A stretch of DNA of 64,000 bases, taken from IMG/VR virus record IMGVR_UViG_3300032093_000013, one strand, 5' to 3'. Shown here piece after piece: positions 27,831 through 37,356 of the stretch. The stretch's first letter is position 1, and each line of letters opens with the position of its first letter. The stretch is from a virus. The notes beneath the pieces were generated by a model. It was not told the origin of the DNA, did no database searches, and saw only the letters and a list, made by a program, of their open reading frames with translations. A program made the position numbers and the translations under genes.

Positions 27831-28133
27831 TGAAGTCAAATCTTCCCCACCATATTCAAATTCAAGGTCGTCTGGAAGGTCTTCAGGGTTTTCTAACTCA
27901 ACTGGAAAGAAGCAAGGATGCACCTCTTCATCGATAAGATAGAAAGAACTTCTATATAAGTCTTCTGGTTCAAATGTACGATTCTTATCTGCTGCTCTAC
28001 AAAGATCTTGATCGTATAAATGTCCGTCTGGGAGTTCGTCAAACGTGAAAGGAATGTGATTAATAAAATACATCTTCACGATCATACTGCCATCGTTATA
28101 CCAGCAGTATGCAGTGTCGATACGATAAGACAT
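27828..28133 (-). CDS. conserved cyanophage hypothetical protein
   Basis: MYFINHIPFTFDEL...SFYLIDEEVHP. Confidence 0.7.
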   Translation of the reverse strand: MSYRIDTAYCWYNDGSMIVKMYFINHIPFTFDELPDGHLYDQDLCRAADKNRTFEPEDLYRSSFYLIDEEVHPCFFPVELENPEDLPDDLEFEYGGEDLTS

Positions 28134-28157
28134 AGGAAAAATTCCCATATCTTATAT

Positions 28158-28619
28158 TTATTTTTTATTCTTACCCCTGTAGGTGTCTGTTTGAGCGTGA
28201 CAGTTGGGGCACAGGATGCGAAGGTTTTCTAAACGATTATCGTGATGGTTGCCGTTTATGTGGTCAAGTTCAATAGGTGCTGGTTTTCCATTCCACTCCG
28301 TTATACCACAGCACTCGCACTTATGTTGTTTGAGACCTTCTGCTATTAATCGTTTTTTAAATTTATGCGATTGGTGATATGAATTTTCAGTCAAATAATA
28401 TTCAATAGGTTTTTTAGTGTAATCGTGTGTTTTTCCTCTTAAGTGTGCTTGCCCAGTAAAATGAGAATCATCAAGATTTAGAGTTTTTATTCTTTTTTGA
28501 GCAACTTCATAGTTTCCACCTGCTTGTTTTAAATTAAGTTTGGATAAAACTTGTCTAATACTCGTGGAAGTTTTGACTGCCTCTATAAATTGCTCATCAG
28601 TATATTTACGATTAGACAT
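28158..28619 (-). CDS. HNH endonuclease
   Basis: CECCG...ELDHINGNHHDNRLENLRILCPNCHAQT. Confidence 0.9.
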   Translation of the reverse strand: MSNRKYTDEQFIEAVKTSTSIRQVLSKLNLKQAGGNYEVAQKRIKTLNLDDSHFTGQAHLRGKTHDYTKKPIEYYLTENSYHQSHKFKKRLIAEGLKQHKCECCGITEWNGKPAPIELDHINGNHHDNRLENLRILCPNCHAQTDTYRGKNKK

Positions 28620-28667
28620 AACTTAAACGGAAAACTCATTATTATTTATATTGCTATGTCTTTTAAG

Positions 28668-28742
28668 TAGCGGTGGCGAGATTCGAACTCGCACTGTATT
28701 GATTTTAAGTCAACTGCCTGCTGCCGATTGGGCTACACCGCC
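28668..28742 (-). tRNA. tRNA-Leu(UAA) with short variable loop
   Basis: cloverleaf; anticodon loop CTTAAAA; TTCGAAT; no encoded CCA. Confidence 0.85.
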
Positions 28743-28751
28743 AATAAGACC

Positions 28752-28780
28752 ATTATAACTCAAAGAGTTGTAGTGGTCAA
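28752..28780 (-). promoter_or_regulatory. sigma70-type promoter for tRNA-Leu
   Basis: TTGACC-N17-TATAAT. Confidence 0.65.
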
Positions 28781-28781
28781 G

Positions 28782-28855
28782 TGCTCGTTGAGAGAATCGA
28801 ACTCTTCCTACGGCGCTTTATGAGAACGCTGCCTTCACCAGATGGCTAAACGAGC
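28782..28855 (-). tRNA. tRNA(CAU): elongator Met or Ile2
   Basis: cloverleaf; loop CTCATAA; paired G1-C72, so not an initiator. Confidence 0.85.
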
Positions 28856-28884
28856 ATTCGCTATTCGCAAATAAAGAATAGCAA

Positions 28885-28972
28885 TACGAGTGCCTGGATT
28901 CGAACCAGGTCAAAGCCGCTAATCTGGCGGAAAGAGTTTATAAGACTCCTCTGACTACCAAGTCTCACTCGC
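28885..28972 (-). tRNA. non-canonical tRNA(UAU), nominally Ile
   Basis: acceptor GCGAGTG/CACTCGT, loop CTTATAA, T arm CCTGG-TTCGAAT-CCAGG, long variable arm. Confidence 0.75.
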
Positions 28973-28980
28973 TTCTGCGT

Positions 28981-29154
28981 TTATGATGCCTCGTTATTAT
29001 ACTCAGTGTGTATTCGTATGAGGTCATCATCGGCAGGTATCATAACTGCTGCTCTACCATTCTCGTCTACTATACCTAAACTCTCTCCGTTTTCCACTCT
29101 TTCAATTAGTTCGTCAAAACGTTCTTGAAACTCTGCCACTGTGAAAACTTCCAT
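28981..29154 (-). CDS. Phd/YefM-like antitoxin-family protein (57 aa)
   Basis: hand-translated MEVFTVAEFQERFDELIERVENGESLGIVDENGRAAVMIP. Confidence 0.65.
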   Translation of the reverse strand: MEVFTVAEFQERFDELIERVENGESLGIVDENGRAAVMIPADDDLIRIHTEYNNEAS

Positions 29155-29183
29155 TCGGTTTTTTCGATATTTATACTATAGCA

Positions 29184-29384
29184 TCACTGCCCATAAATGG
29201 CAAGATCAGCATACTCAATCTGCTCAGGGTCAAGTTGAGCGGTGACAACTTCCAACACATTCATAAACTCTTCTACAGTATCACACTCAACCAAACGCTC
29301 GCTGCCCTGGTCGCTGAGGAGAAGGAAGGTGCGGGTGCATACATCAATCACAATGCCCTGGACGGTTTCTTGTGCAGTGCTCAT
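29184..29384 (-). CDS. conserved cyanophage hypothetical protein
   Basis: 66-aa ORF after a consensus promoter. Confidence 0.7.
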   Translation of the reverse strand: MSTAQETVQGIVIDVCTRTFLLLSDQGSERLVECDTVEEFMNVLEVVTAQLDPEQIEYADLAIYGQ

Positions 29385-29410
29385 GGGGTGGTTTCGTCGA
29401 TTACCCCCAT

Positions 29411-29439
29411 ATTATAGGGCAGCTGGGGGCGGGTGTCAA
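29411..29439 (-). promoter_or_regulatory. sigma70-type promoter
   Basis: TTGACA-N17-TATAAT. Confidence 0.8.
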
Positions 29440-29783
29440 GGGGTTTGGTCGGTCGATCCTTCAATTATATTCATAGGGTTATCCATAGGTCTTATCTGTG
29501 CTGGCACAACTCCTTGTTGAAGGGCTGAAATATAAAGTTGTTGATTTTGTTGGTTTGCCCTTACAACTTCATTTCTAAAACTTTCTACTGCTCCTCCAGT
29601 TTGATTTGATTTTTGTGCGATTTCTACTGCCATAAAAGGCATCCAAGCAACAGCACAACCCCACTCATCCACTGGTTCTCCGGTGTTAGGATTTGTCCCT
29701 CTCATTTGAGTATACCAAGAACACTTAAGTCCGATACAATCTTTTTTAATCAGTGGGCAAAAGTTGCCTGGTTTGATTTTCAT
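29436..29783 (-). CDS. tail-associated hypothetical Cys-containing protein
   Basis: CPL..KDC..LKCSW...WGCA. Confidence 0.7.
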   Translation of the reverse strand: MKIKPGNFCPLIKKDCIGLKCSWYTQMRGTNPNTGEPVDEWGCAVAWMPFMAVEIAQKSNQTGGAVESFRNEVVRANQQNQQLYISALQQGVVPAQIRPMDNPMNIIEGSTDQTP

Positions 29784-29790
29784 TTTATTA

Positions 29791-30264
29791 TCAATAAGTA
29801 GGTTTTATTGGCCAATTTGAGTCGGTTGGATTTACAACAAGTTGTTTGGGGTCCGTAATACTTTCTGGTAAATCTCTCAATAATTGACGGTAATTTTTCC
29901 AAGAAATTTTTTGTTCTTCAGTAAATGAAACATCAGACATTTGAGTCCAATCGCAATCAGACAATCTTTGATTTCTCAAAACTCTCAACTCTTCCCAATA
30001 GTCTCTTGCTGCTTCAATTGCATCAAGTTCATCTTGAAGAATTTTCTTTTCATTATTAAAATCTGCAACTGCCTGTTCAAAAATTCCAAGATTTTCTATT
30101 CTTTCATTTGGTGTTTCATCATTATACTCTACTTCACCCCAAGTATCATACCATTGAAGAGCATGAACATTTGATGGAATCCAGTTTAAATCTTGTTGAA
30201 TATCGAGTAGTCCATTATTATCAATCGCAATATATTTGTCTCCAGGAATAATCGTGAGTCTCAT
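29791..30264 (-). CDS. tail fibre assembly chaperone
   Basis: RNQRLSDCDWTQ...WKNYRQLLRDLP...WP. Confidence 0.75.
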   Translation of the reverse strand: MRLTIIPGDKYIAIDNNGLLDIQQDLNWIPSNVHALQWYDTWGEVEYNDETPNERIENLGIFEQAVADFNNEKKILQDELDAIEAARDYWEELRVLRNQRLSDCDWTQMSDVSFTEEQKISWKNYRQLLRDLPESITDPKQLVVNPTDSNWPIKPTY

Positions 30265-30348
30265 TATTCTCCTTCAGGTAATTTTTTAATGTAATATTGA
30301 TTCACAATGACAAAATATTCAGTAATTAAATTAACTAAGTATATAGTA

Positions 30349-31500
30349 TCAATTTCTAGAAGCAATAATTAAATCTACATATTGAACTGCAAAGTCCATT
30401 GATGCCCCAGAGAATGATGCAGATCCACTCCATGATGGGTTTGTAAATGTGTGACTGTGAGCATTCATTGAAACGGAACCAGACCAGGATGGATTAGTAA
30501 ATCCGTGACCATGAGCGCCACTTCCGCCAGTAGCAGCAGTAGATGGAGTAACAAGAACTTGAGTACCACCCCCAGCAAATCCTTGACTTCCACCACCTCC
30601 ATTATCAATAAGAAAAGTTCCTGTAGTAGTACCATGACTATGTGATGGCATCTCCGCAGTAGACAGAGTAGTATTGCTTACACCTCCACCAGAGTTAGAT
30701 CCAGAAACAGAACCAGTAACAGTTGTGTTTGCAATACTTCCTCCACTATTAGAACCAGAAACACTCACAGACCCTGATGGAGTTCTTGATGCGAACACTG
30801 AAGTAAATGCTGTACTTCCACCAGAACCAGCAGCACCACTCACCACTCTCAATGTTTTATCATTATGTGTTGTTTGTTTTGTCCATCCAGTCGGTGCTGC
30901 TGTTTGTTGAAACAACATTAATGTTCCTGATGGAAATGTTTGTGTAGAATATGTAGTAGAATCAACTGATCCGTCTGCTTTTAAAAATTGACTTGAAGTT
31001 CCTCCAGATTTAACAAAAGAACCTGCGGTAAGTGCATTTGTGCTGGGATTATAAGTTAGATCTGCATCAACTTTAACAAGATTATTTCCAGAAGTAGCAT
31101 CAACAAAAGTTAAGTATCTCGAAGCATTTGTTGAATCTAAATTAATTCCAATAGAAGTTGCAGATCCAACGTTTGCGGCTGATGCATTAATCCAAGCAGT
31201 CTTTGTTCCATCAGAAGATAAAATTTGTCCAGATGATCCAAAAGTATTACTACCATCAAAATATTTTCCAATAATTCGAATATCTTGAAATGTAGAAATA
31301 CCACTTGAAGTTATATTTCCAGTCACATTGCCAAGTATATCGCCGGTAATATCGCCAGTTAAATTACCAATTACATTGCCGGTAATATCGCCAGTTAAAT
31401 TACCAATTACATTGCCAGTTAGATCTCCTGATATACCCGCATATGCATTAATTTTTTCATTGAAAAAAGTTTCTTGCCCGAAATATTGACTGTTGCTCAT
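30349..31500 (-). CDS. short tail fibre / collar-domain protein
   Basis: GDITGN repeats; FPSGTLMLFQQTAAPTGW; HSH/HGH motifs. Confidence 0.75.
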   Translation of the reverse strand: MSNSQYFGQETFFNEKINAYAGISGDLTGNVIGNLTGDITGNVIGNLTGDITGDILGNVTGNITSSGISTFQDIRIIGKYFDGSNTFGSSGQILSSDGTKTAWINASAANVGSATSIGINLDSTNASRYLTFVDATSGNNLVKVDADLTYNPSTNALTAGSFVKSGGTSSQFLKADGSVDSTTYSTQTFPSGTLMLFQQTAAPTGWTKQTTHNDKTLRVVSGAAGSGGSTAFTSVFASRTPSGSVSVSGSNSGGSIANTTVTGSVSGSNSGGGVSNTTLSTAEMPSHSHGTTTGTFLIDNGGGGSQGFAGGGTQVLVTPSTAATGGSGAHGHGFTNPSWSGSVSMNAHSHTFTNPSWSGSASFSGASMDFAVQYVDLIIASRN

Positions 31501-32072
31501 GATATTGCATCAACGACCGTGTTAATTACGTTGCCAACAATTCCACTTACCGCATTATCAATAAAGTCAATACCAACAAAACTTCCAGAGAAAACTTTTT
31601 TTGTAAAATCAATTCCAAGTAAAGAAGGAATGTTTCCACTAGTTCCTTTTATGTCTACTCGTTGACCATCAATCATGATGCGACCAGCACCACTCTTCAT
31701 TGTGATATTTCTTCCTGCTTTGAAATGAATATCTTCTTCTGCTTCAATCATAATATTGGTCGCATACAAACGAACCATTCCGTTTGCTGATATGGAAACA
31801 TTTCCATTGTTACCAATGATTACAACGTCTTCTCTTCCTTCAGGATTTTTAGAACCGCCAGAAATTTGAATGGTTTGGTCATTGTAAATTGAAAATAACC
31901 CACCACTACTTAAACTAATTGAAGATTGGTTATCTCCACTATCAGTGACACCATAAATTTTATACACATCCGTACCACTCAACCCCATCTGAGGGTTTGC
32001 AGTATCAATCCTGAAGTTTGGATTAAAACTAATAAGTTGTCTTTTAAAAATGTTTTTATCTCTTTCTGCCAT
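31497..32072 (-). CDS. gp5 C-terminal-like beta-helix spike protein
   Basis: IEAEEDIHFKAGRNITMKSG; follows gp5. Confidence 0.55.
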   Translation of the reverse strand: MAERDKNIFKRQLISFNPNFRIDTANPQMGLSGTDVYKIYGVTDSGDNQSSISLSSGGLFSIYNDQTIQISGGSKNPEGREDVVIIGNNGNVSISANGMVRLYATNIMIEAEEDIHFKAGRNITMKSGAGRIMIDGQRVDIKGTSGNIPSLLGIDFTKKVFSGSFVGIDFIDNAVSGIVGNVINTVVDAIS

Positions 32073-32073
32073 T

Positions 32074-34089
32074 TTATATCGGGCAATCTATGGATGTTTG
32101 CACCTCTTGTGCAAAAAGATTTGCTGAATTGGGAGAATTAGGATCTGCATCCGGAGAAGCAGGAATAGGTCCAGTCTCTTTGAGTGCTCCTATGACGGGG
32201 CGTAAAATTGCTCCAAATCCAGTATCTGATTCTATGTTAAGTCTAGGTAGACTATCGACGATATTATTTAGAGGAATGACTTGAGAGATACGACCATCAA
32301 CAATCTGAGAGTTGTATTCATTTCCAAGATTGTCAGTGACAACTGCATCTTCATATCCACCTCCACCATCTTCAACCAATACTCGCAAGACAGAAAACTC
32401 TGCAAGGTTACCAACAGAATAATTTTCACCCTCAGAAACCATATAAATGGATTCAACTTGACCACTATCATTAATAAGTGCTCTTGCTACTGCACCATAT
32501 CCTTGATCTGCATCATCAATAATTTCAACAAATGGCGAATAAGCATAACCAGATCCAGGATTCGTCAATTGAACTCCAATGATACTTGCAGTTGTATTCC
32601 CATCCGGATTTGTTACAAGATTTCCAAAGATAGGAATTGCAGATGCTCCAGATCCACGCCCACCAAAAATGTTGATAACTGGCGGGCTTGCAAATTGTAG
32701 AGCACCTGTAAAGCATTCTGTTACGGAATTAATGTCTACACCAGAACTAATGATATTTGTAATATCTCTAATGTTTCCATAAGTATTAACCAGAGAAGAT
32801 GCAGTTGATGAAACCGAACCGGAAGGTCCTCCACCAACCGTCCACTCATTTACAAGTCCTTTGTAATTATCTAAACTTTGATTGCAGGCAAATCCAGCAC
32901 CAAATTCAGACAACAACCCAATCGCTTCTCTCAAAATGTTTCCCAAATTGAAATTAGAGAAGAATTGAAGAAGTTTCTCAACTGCCGACAAGGGACCATC
33001 AAATAAAGTTTCAAGCACACCAATGATTGAATTTAACAATGTGCCAGCAAATTGATCTGCAGCACAACTTACAAAGCGGTCTACATTATTGACGGTGGAG
33101 TTTAGAATATCGAATACTAAACTCTTCATACTTTCAATTGCAGCACCAGCAATACATCCAAATGCTTCTTCAAGTGCCTTAACTGGCAAAACCATTGTTT
33201 CTTGTGCAGCGACACCGGCAAGATGTGCTGCAACTGGATTACCAGTGGCTGCAAGAACTTGAGAAAAAACTAGTTTGTAAAGCAAATCCAATCCTTGTTT
33301 TAAAAGACCTATTAGACCAGGAAAATCTTCATTTCCATAAATTAAAAAATTAAAAAGTCCACCAATCAAATCATTGCATAAAGTAACAATTTTATTTGCT
33401 GCTTCACGAATTGTTTGCGCTATTTTTTCTACGTTTCCTTGAAGATTTTTTAATTTACGAAGAAGATTTTTGACAATTGATTTGATTTTATCAACTCTTG
33501 TATTCTTAACAGTATTTGCTAATGGAATTTGGTTTCCAATTGCAAAGTTTTCAGAAAATACTTGATATCCAACTCTCTGTGCTATTTCTGCTGCTTGCTC
33601 TTCAGTGACGCTTGCAGGCGATGGATTGGAATTTTCTTTTACTTCATTTGATTGAATTGGAGTAACTTTTGCCTTTTCAACTTTACTAGAATATCCAGTA
33701 AAAGGAACAAATGGCGACTGATAAGTTTTTGAGGGAACAGAAAAACTTCTGCCAAATGTTGCCAGAATTACAGGAATTTGAGCATTATCGCCATCCAAAA
33801 AGAATCCAAGAACAGTATCGCCTGGTTGAAGTTGCACACCAGTCGCTACATTTGCAGCACCACTTCCTGCTGTAGTTGGAATTAAACATTGTGCCCAAGG
33901 AAGGTCTTCATTAGGAAGTTCTGCTTCACTATAAGGATGATAACCAATAATTCTTACTTTAAATCTATTTCCCCATCCCTTACCATCTACTTGACCATTC
34001 ATATCCTCGATAGGAGGAATCTGTCCAATCCACCATCGAAAACCGTCTCTACCGATAAAATTACTTTTAAGAAGTGATTCGTCTATCAT
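32074..34089 (-). CDS. baseplate hub / central spike gp5-like protein
   Basis: N-terminal OB fold GRDGFRWWIGQ..KVRIIGYH..LPWA..VLGFFLDG. Confidence 0.85.
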   Translation of the reverse strand: MIDESLLKSNFIGRDGFRWWIGQIPPIEDMNGQVDGKGWGNRFKVRIIGYHPYSEAELPNEDLPWAQCLIPTTAGSGAANVATGVQLQPGDTVLGFFLDGDNAQIPVILATFGRSFSVPSKTYQSPFVPFTGYSSKVEKAKVTPIQSNEVKENSNPSPASVTEEQAAEIAQRVGYQVFSENFAIGNQIPLANTVKNTRVDKIKSIVKNLLRKLKNLQGNVEKIAQTIREAANKIVTLCNDLIGGLFNFLIYGNEDFPGLIGLLKQGLDLLYKLVFSQVLAATGNPVAAHLAGVAAQETMVLPVKALEEAFGCIAGAAIESMKSLVFDILNSTVNNVDRFVSCAADQFAGTLLNSIIGVLETLFDGPLSAVEKLLQFFSNFNLGNILREAIGLLSEFGAGFACNQSLDNYKGLVNEWTVGGGPSGSVSSTASSLVNTYGNIRDITNIISSGVDINSVTECFTGALQFASPPVINIFGGRGSGASAIPIFGNLVTNPDGNTTASIIGVQLTNPGSGYAYSPFVEIIDDADQGYGAVARALINDSGQVESIYMVSEGENYSVGNLAEFSVLRVLVEDGGGGYEDAVVTDNLGNEYNSQIVDGRISQVIPLNNIVDSLPRLNIESDTGFGAILRPVIGALKETGPIPASPDADPNSPNSANLFAQEVQTSIDCPI

Positions 34090-34092
34090 TTA

Positions 34093-35454
34093 TTATGCCT
34101 TCTTGTTAATTCCAAAAGTGTCTCTGATTAATTTCATAGAAGTATATGAACGATTCGCATCAAAGTGATGACACAATTCCTTAATCATATATAGACCACT
34201 CGTTTCAGTGTCATATTCCTTCGCGTCCGATTGTGTAATCTTTGGAAAACGACATTCAACTACGTCTCCAGCTCTTAAGTTTGTATTGGATGGTACAATA
34301 ATACTCAAAGTTTGAGTAAACAGAATATTATATCTCATTAAAGATTGAGATTGATATAAAGTTTGGTCAGAGTTAATTTTTGAAGAAACTTCCAAACTAG
34401 TTGCAGGATTCAATGTCCCCACATCATAAACTGCAGTAATAATTCTAGTTGGTACATCTCCCAGTGTTAAATCAGAACCATCAGATAGTGGTGGTAGTTT
34501 AATTTGACTGCCAAGATTATTTGACTTTCCAGCATAATCTTCAAGTTTAAACTTTCCTTCTTCTGGTTTAGAGAATGAAAAATCTAGTGGATTGAAAAAC
34601 ATTCGATGACTTGCATAAGTGCCAAGTTTAAGTTTTTCAATTAGATTTTGATTTTTCTCGATGTAATAATTTAAAATTCTAAAATCATTATTAACCTTGT
34701 CGTCATTTTCATCATATGCCTGATTGACCTGATTATAAGTATAAACAACACGGGTATCGTTTATATCTGTTCTGGGTGGTTGTGTAATCAATCCATCAAC
34801 AGATCTAAATTGAAATCCATCCTGTGTTTGATAGAATAAAAATCCAGCAGTTGCACTTCCAGAAGATTGAGGAACTGCCTTTGATGCTAACCAGACTAAA
34901 AGAGTAAAGGGTTTCCTCAAATTCCCTATAAATCCATATTTGTTTGAGGATTTATCAATTGCACCTATTTTTTCGGTTTTAAGATAATTTGTTAAGATAT
35001 TTTCTACAGAATCACTAATTGCACTATCAACCTTAAACTTTTTACCAACTCGTACAGTTTCATTTGTGATTGCTTCTCTAGAAACCAAGTGAAGTGTAAA
35101 ACTTTCTTGATTGGTTTCCGAAATTACATCAGTGATACTTGAAACATATAAGTAATCTGCAACTCTTTTTGTAAAATCTAGTCCGGGATTTGTTGCAGAG
35201 TTGCCTGCAATTTTCATCGAAACTCTTTCACCACCTCTTAAAGGAAGACCATTATAAATTGACTGCCTTCCGGTGCCATTCTCTGCAACAATTGTGTTTC
35301 CGGTGTTGATGACTTTTATTTTTGCAGTAATAGTTGGAGAGAAAATATCCTCATAATAATCAATCGAAATAGCACCTGTTGAAATGTCAATCGTTCGACT
35401 ACGGTCGCTCGATTCTAAAATTAACTCTTCATATATGGACTTTTGAATTGACAT
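34093..35454 (-). CDS. baseplate hub protein (gp27-like)
   Basis: YYEDIFSP; LRAGDVV..SGLYMIKELCHHF..LIRD; position upstream of gp5. Confidence 0.65.
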   Translation of the reverse strand: MSIQKSIYEELILESSDRSRTIDISTGAISIDYYEDIFSPTITAKIKVINTGNTIVAENGTGRQSIYNGLPLRGGERVSMKIAGNSATNPGLDFTKRVADYLYVSSITDVISETNQESFTLHLVSREAITNETVRVGKKFKVDSAISDSVENILTNYLKTEKIGAIDKSSNKYGFIGNLRKPFTLLVWLASKAVPQSSGSATAGFLFYQTQDGFQFRSVDGLITQPPRTDINDTRVVYTYNQVNQAYDENDDKVNNDFRILNYYIEKNQNLIEKLKLGTYASHRMFFNPLDFSFSKPEEGKFKLEDYAGKSNNLGSQIKLPPLSDGSDLTLGDVPTRIITAVYDVGTLNPATSLEVSSKINSDQTLYQSQSLMRYNILFTQTLSIIVPSNTNLRAGDVVECRFPKITQSDAKEYDTETSGLYMIKELCHHFDANRSYTSMKLIRDTFGINKKA

Positions 35455-37355
35455 TATACGTATGCTAAATCTAAAAGAAGTTTATTCTTGATAAAGTTAT
35501 TTAACAGTTGAAAATCACTGATTGGAGACGGTGACATATCTCCACCACCAGATGCAGGAGTAATGATATTCTGCTGTTGTTGAGGTTCAATAATCATAAT
35601 GTCTTGACCCTTTCTTTCCGGTGTCAGTGATAATGGCACCATATTTGTTTGCTGTGGTGGTGCAGACATTTGCACTTCAGATGTTGTGTTAAATGGTGCA
35701 AATTTACTATATTTGTTTAGTGGGTCAAATTTACCAGTTAAAGTACCACCATTCCATCCAGTTCCAGTTTCCCAGTGCAAATGAGGTCCACTAGTTCTTC
35801 CACTCATTCCAACTTTGCCAATTACCTCACCTTTTTTAACTGGACCACTGCGTTTATATCCAGATTGCATATGCCCATATAAATGGTAAATTCCAAGATT
35901 ATCTCTCATTACTAAAAAGTTTCCCCATCCGTTTTCATAATCAGAATCAACAATAACACCATCAGAAACAGCCCTTAATGAGGTGCCTTGTTTAACTGCT
36001 AAATCGGATCCACCATGTGTTCGTGTCCCCCTTAATTCCCCATACCTACTTGTTATAATTGGGGTAATTCCTCTAGATGAAACTGCCTGTGTAGATTGTT
36101 GAGAAGTCTGAGCGGGACCTCCTTTTCTTTGCATATCTAGAGCATCTCCCGCTGTTTCAGGTGATATACTAGCTCTATTTCTACCAACACCAGCATATCT
36201 AGATTGCCCACGAACTCTACCAGCTTCAGGATATTCTAGACCAACTGAAGCAAATTCTCTTGCCAATTGTTGAATAGCTAATCTTCTATTATTTGATTTT
36301 CCATTAATATATGCACCAATTTCTGGTCTCTTTACATCAATCAAATAATCAAACAGTCTGTTTTGAGTTGCAGAATTAAACTTAGCATTTAATGGAATTT
36401 TAGTATGTCTAACCGCACCAGCTAAAGTGACGGGAATAAATTGATATTTACCAACTGCAAAAACTCTATTTTCTTTTTGAGCTTGCATAATTTCACCAAC
36501 TGTCATATCAGTTAGGTTTTTGCCAAAAATAGATTTTGCACCACCTGGAGTATCACCAGCATTTCCCCTATTAACTGAATTAAGTCCACCCTCACCCTTT
36601 ACAACTAAGGATGCCAATTCGGGATATTTTGTCCCACCCCCTGAAGTCACGGTGCCACCACTGTAAGGTGGTGGTTCTGCATAAGCACCTTCATTAGTTT
36701 GCTGTGTGCCCACTTCAGGAATCTTTTCTCCACTATACTTACCTTCTGTGAGTGGAGTTGTTAATAGTCCAAATGCTTCTTCAATTTGACTTGTAAGGTT
36801 TTCCATCGTAAAGTTCAAATCACTCATTGCAGTTTTGACACGGTTTGAAGTATCAAAGAAATCAAACTGCAATAGATTTTGACCAAGTGCTCCTAAAATA
36901 TTTCCAACATTAACAAACAATCTAATGGTGTTATTAAAAAATCCTGAAAGAATTTGACCTGCTTTTTGAATTCTTGCAACAAACTCTTTACCCATTGCAA
37001 TCCAAGTCGGAAGATTATTCATCAACCACCCAGCAGATAAGTATCCAATAAATCCTAAAATTCGATTAAAAAACCCCCCCACGCCTGCTGATTGAGTAAG
37101 TTGTTGAGGACCACCAAGACTAATAGCAACTCTTGGCGCTTCAAGTTCATCCTCAAGCATCATTCTTTTTTCATTTTCTTCTCTTCTTTTTCTAAAAAGA
37201 TTTGTCTGTGCAAATGATTCTCTTTTAACTTTAGTTCTTTTTAGAATAACCTGACCAATATTTTTTACAGAGCTTCGTGCTTCAGTGACTTTCTTTTGAG
37301 AATCACTTGCCGAAGTCGTAACTTTTTTTAAATTTAGAGGAGATGCTACTACCAT
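35454..37355 (-). CDS. tail-associated protein with lysozyme-like and M23 peptidase domains
   Basis: GEGG..AVGKYQF; HGGSD, YGHM and GPHLHWE. Confidence 0.8.
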   Translation of the reverse strand: MVVASPLNLKKVTTSASDSQKKVTEARSSVKNIGQVILKRTKVKRESFAQTNLFRKRREENEKRMMLEDELEAPRVAISLGGPQQLTQSAGVGGFFNRILGFIGYLSAGWLMNNLPTWIAMGKEFVARIQKAGQILSGFFNNTIRLFVNVGNILGALGQNLLQFDFFDTSNRVKTAMSDLNFTMENLTSQIEEAFGLLTTPLTEGKYSGEKIPEVGTQQTNEGAYAEPPPYSGGTVTSGGGTKYPELASLVVKGEGGLNSVNRGNAGDTPGGAKSIFGKNLTDMTVGEIMQAQKENRVFAVGKYQFIPVTLAGAVRHTKIPLNAKFNSATQNRLFDYLIDVKRPEIGAYINGKSNNRRLAIQQLAREFASVGLEYPEAGRVRGQSRYAGVGRNRASISPETAGDALDMQRKGGPAQTSQQSTQAVSSRGITPIITSRYGELRGTRTHGGSDLAVKQGTSLRAVSDGVIVDSDYENGWGNFLVMRDNLGIYHLYGHMQSGYKRSGPVKKGEVIGKVGMSGRTSGPHLHWETGTGWNGGTLTGKFDPLNKYSKFAPFNTTSEVQMSAPPQQTNMVPLSLTPERKGQDIMIIEPQQQQNIITPASGGGDMSPSPISDFQLLNNFIKNKLLLDLAYV

Positions 37356-37356
37356 A

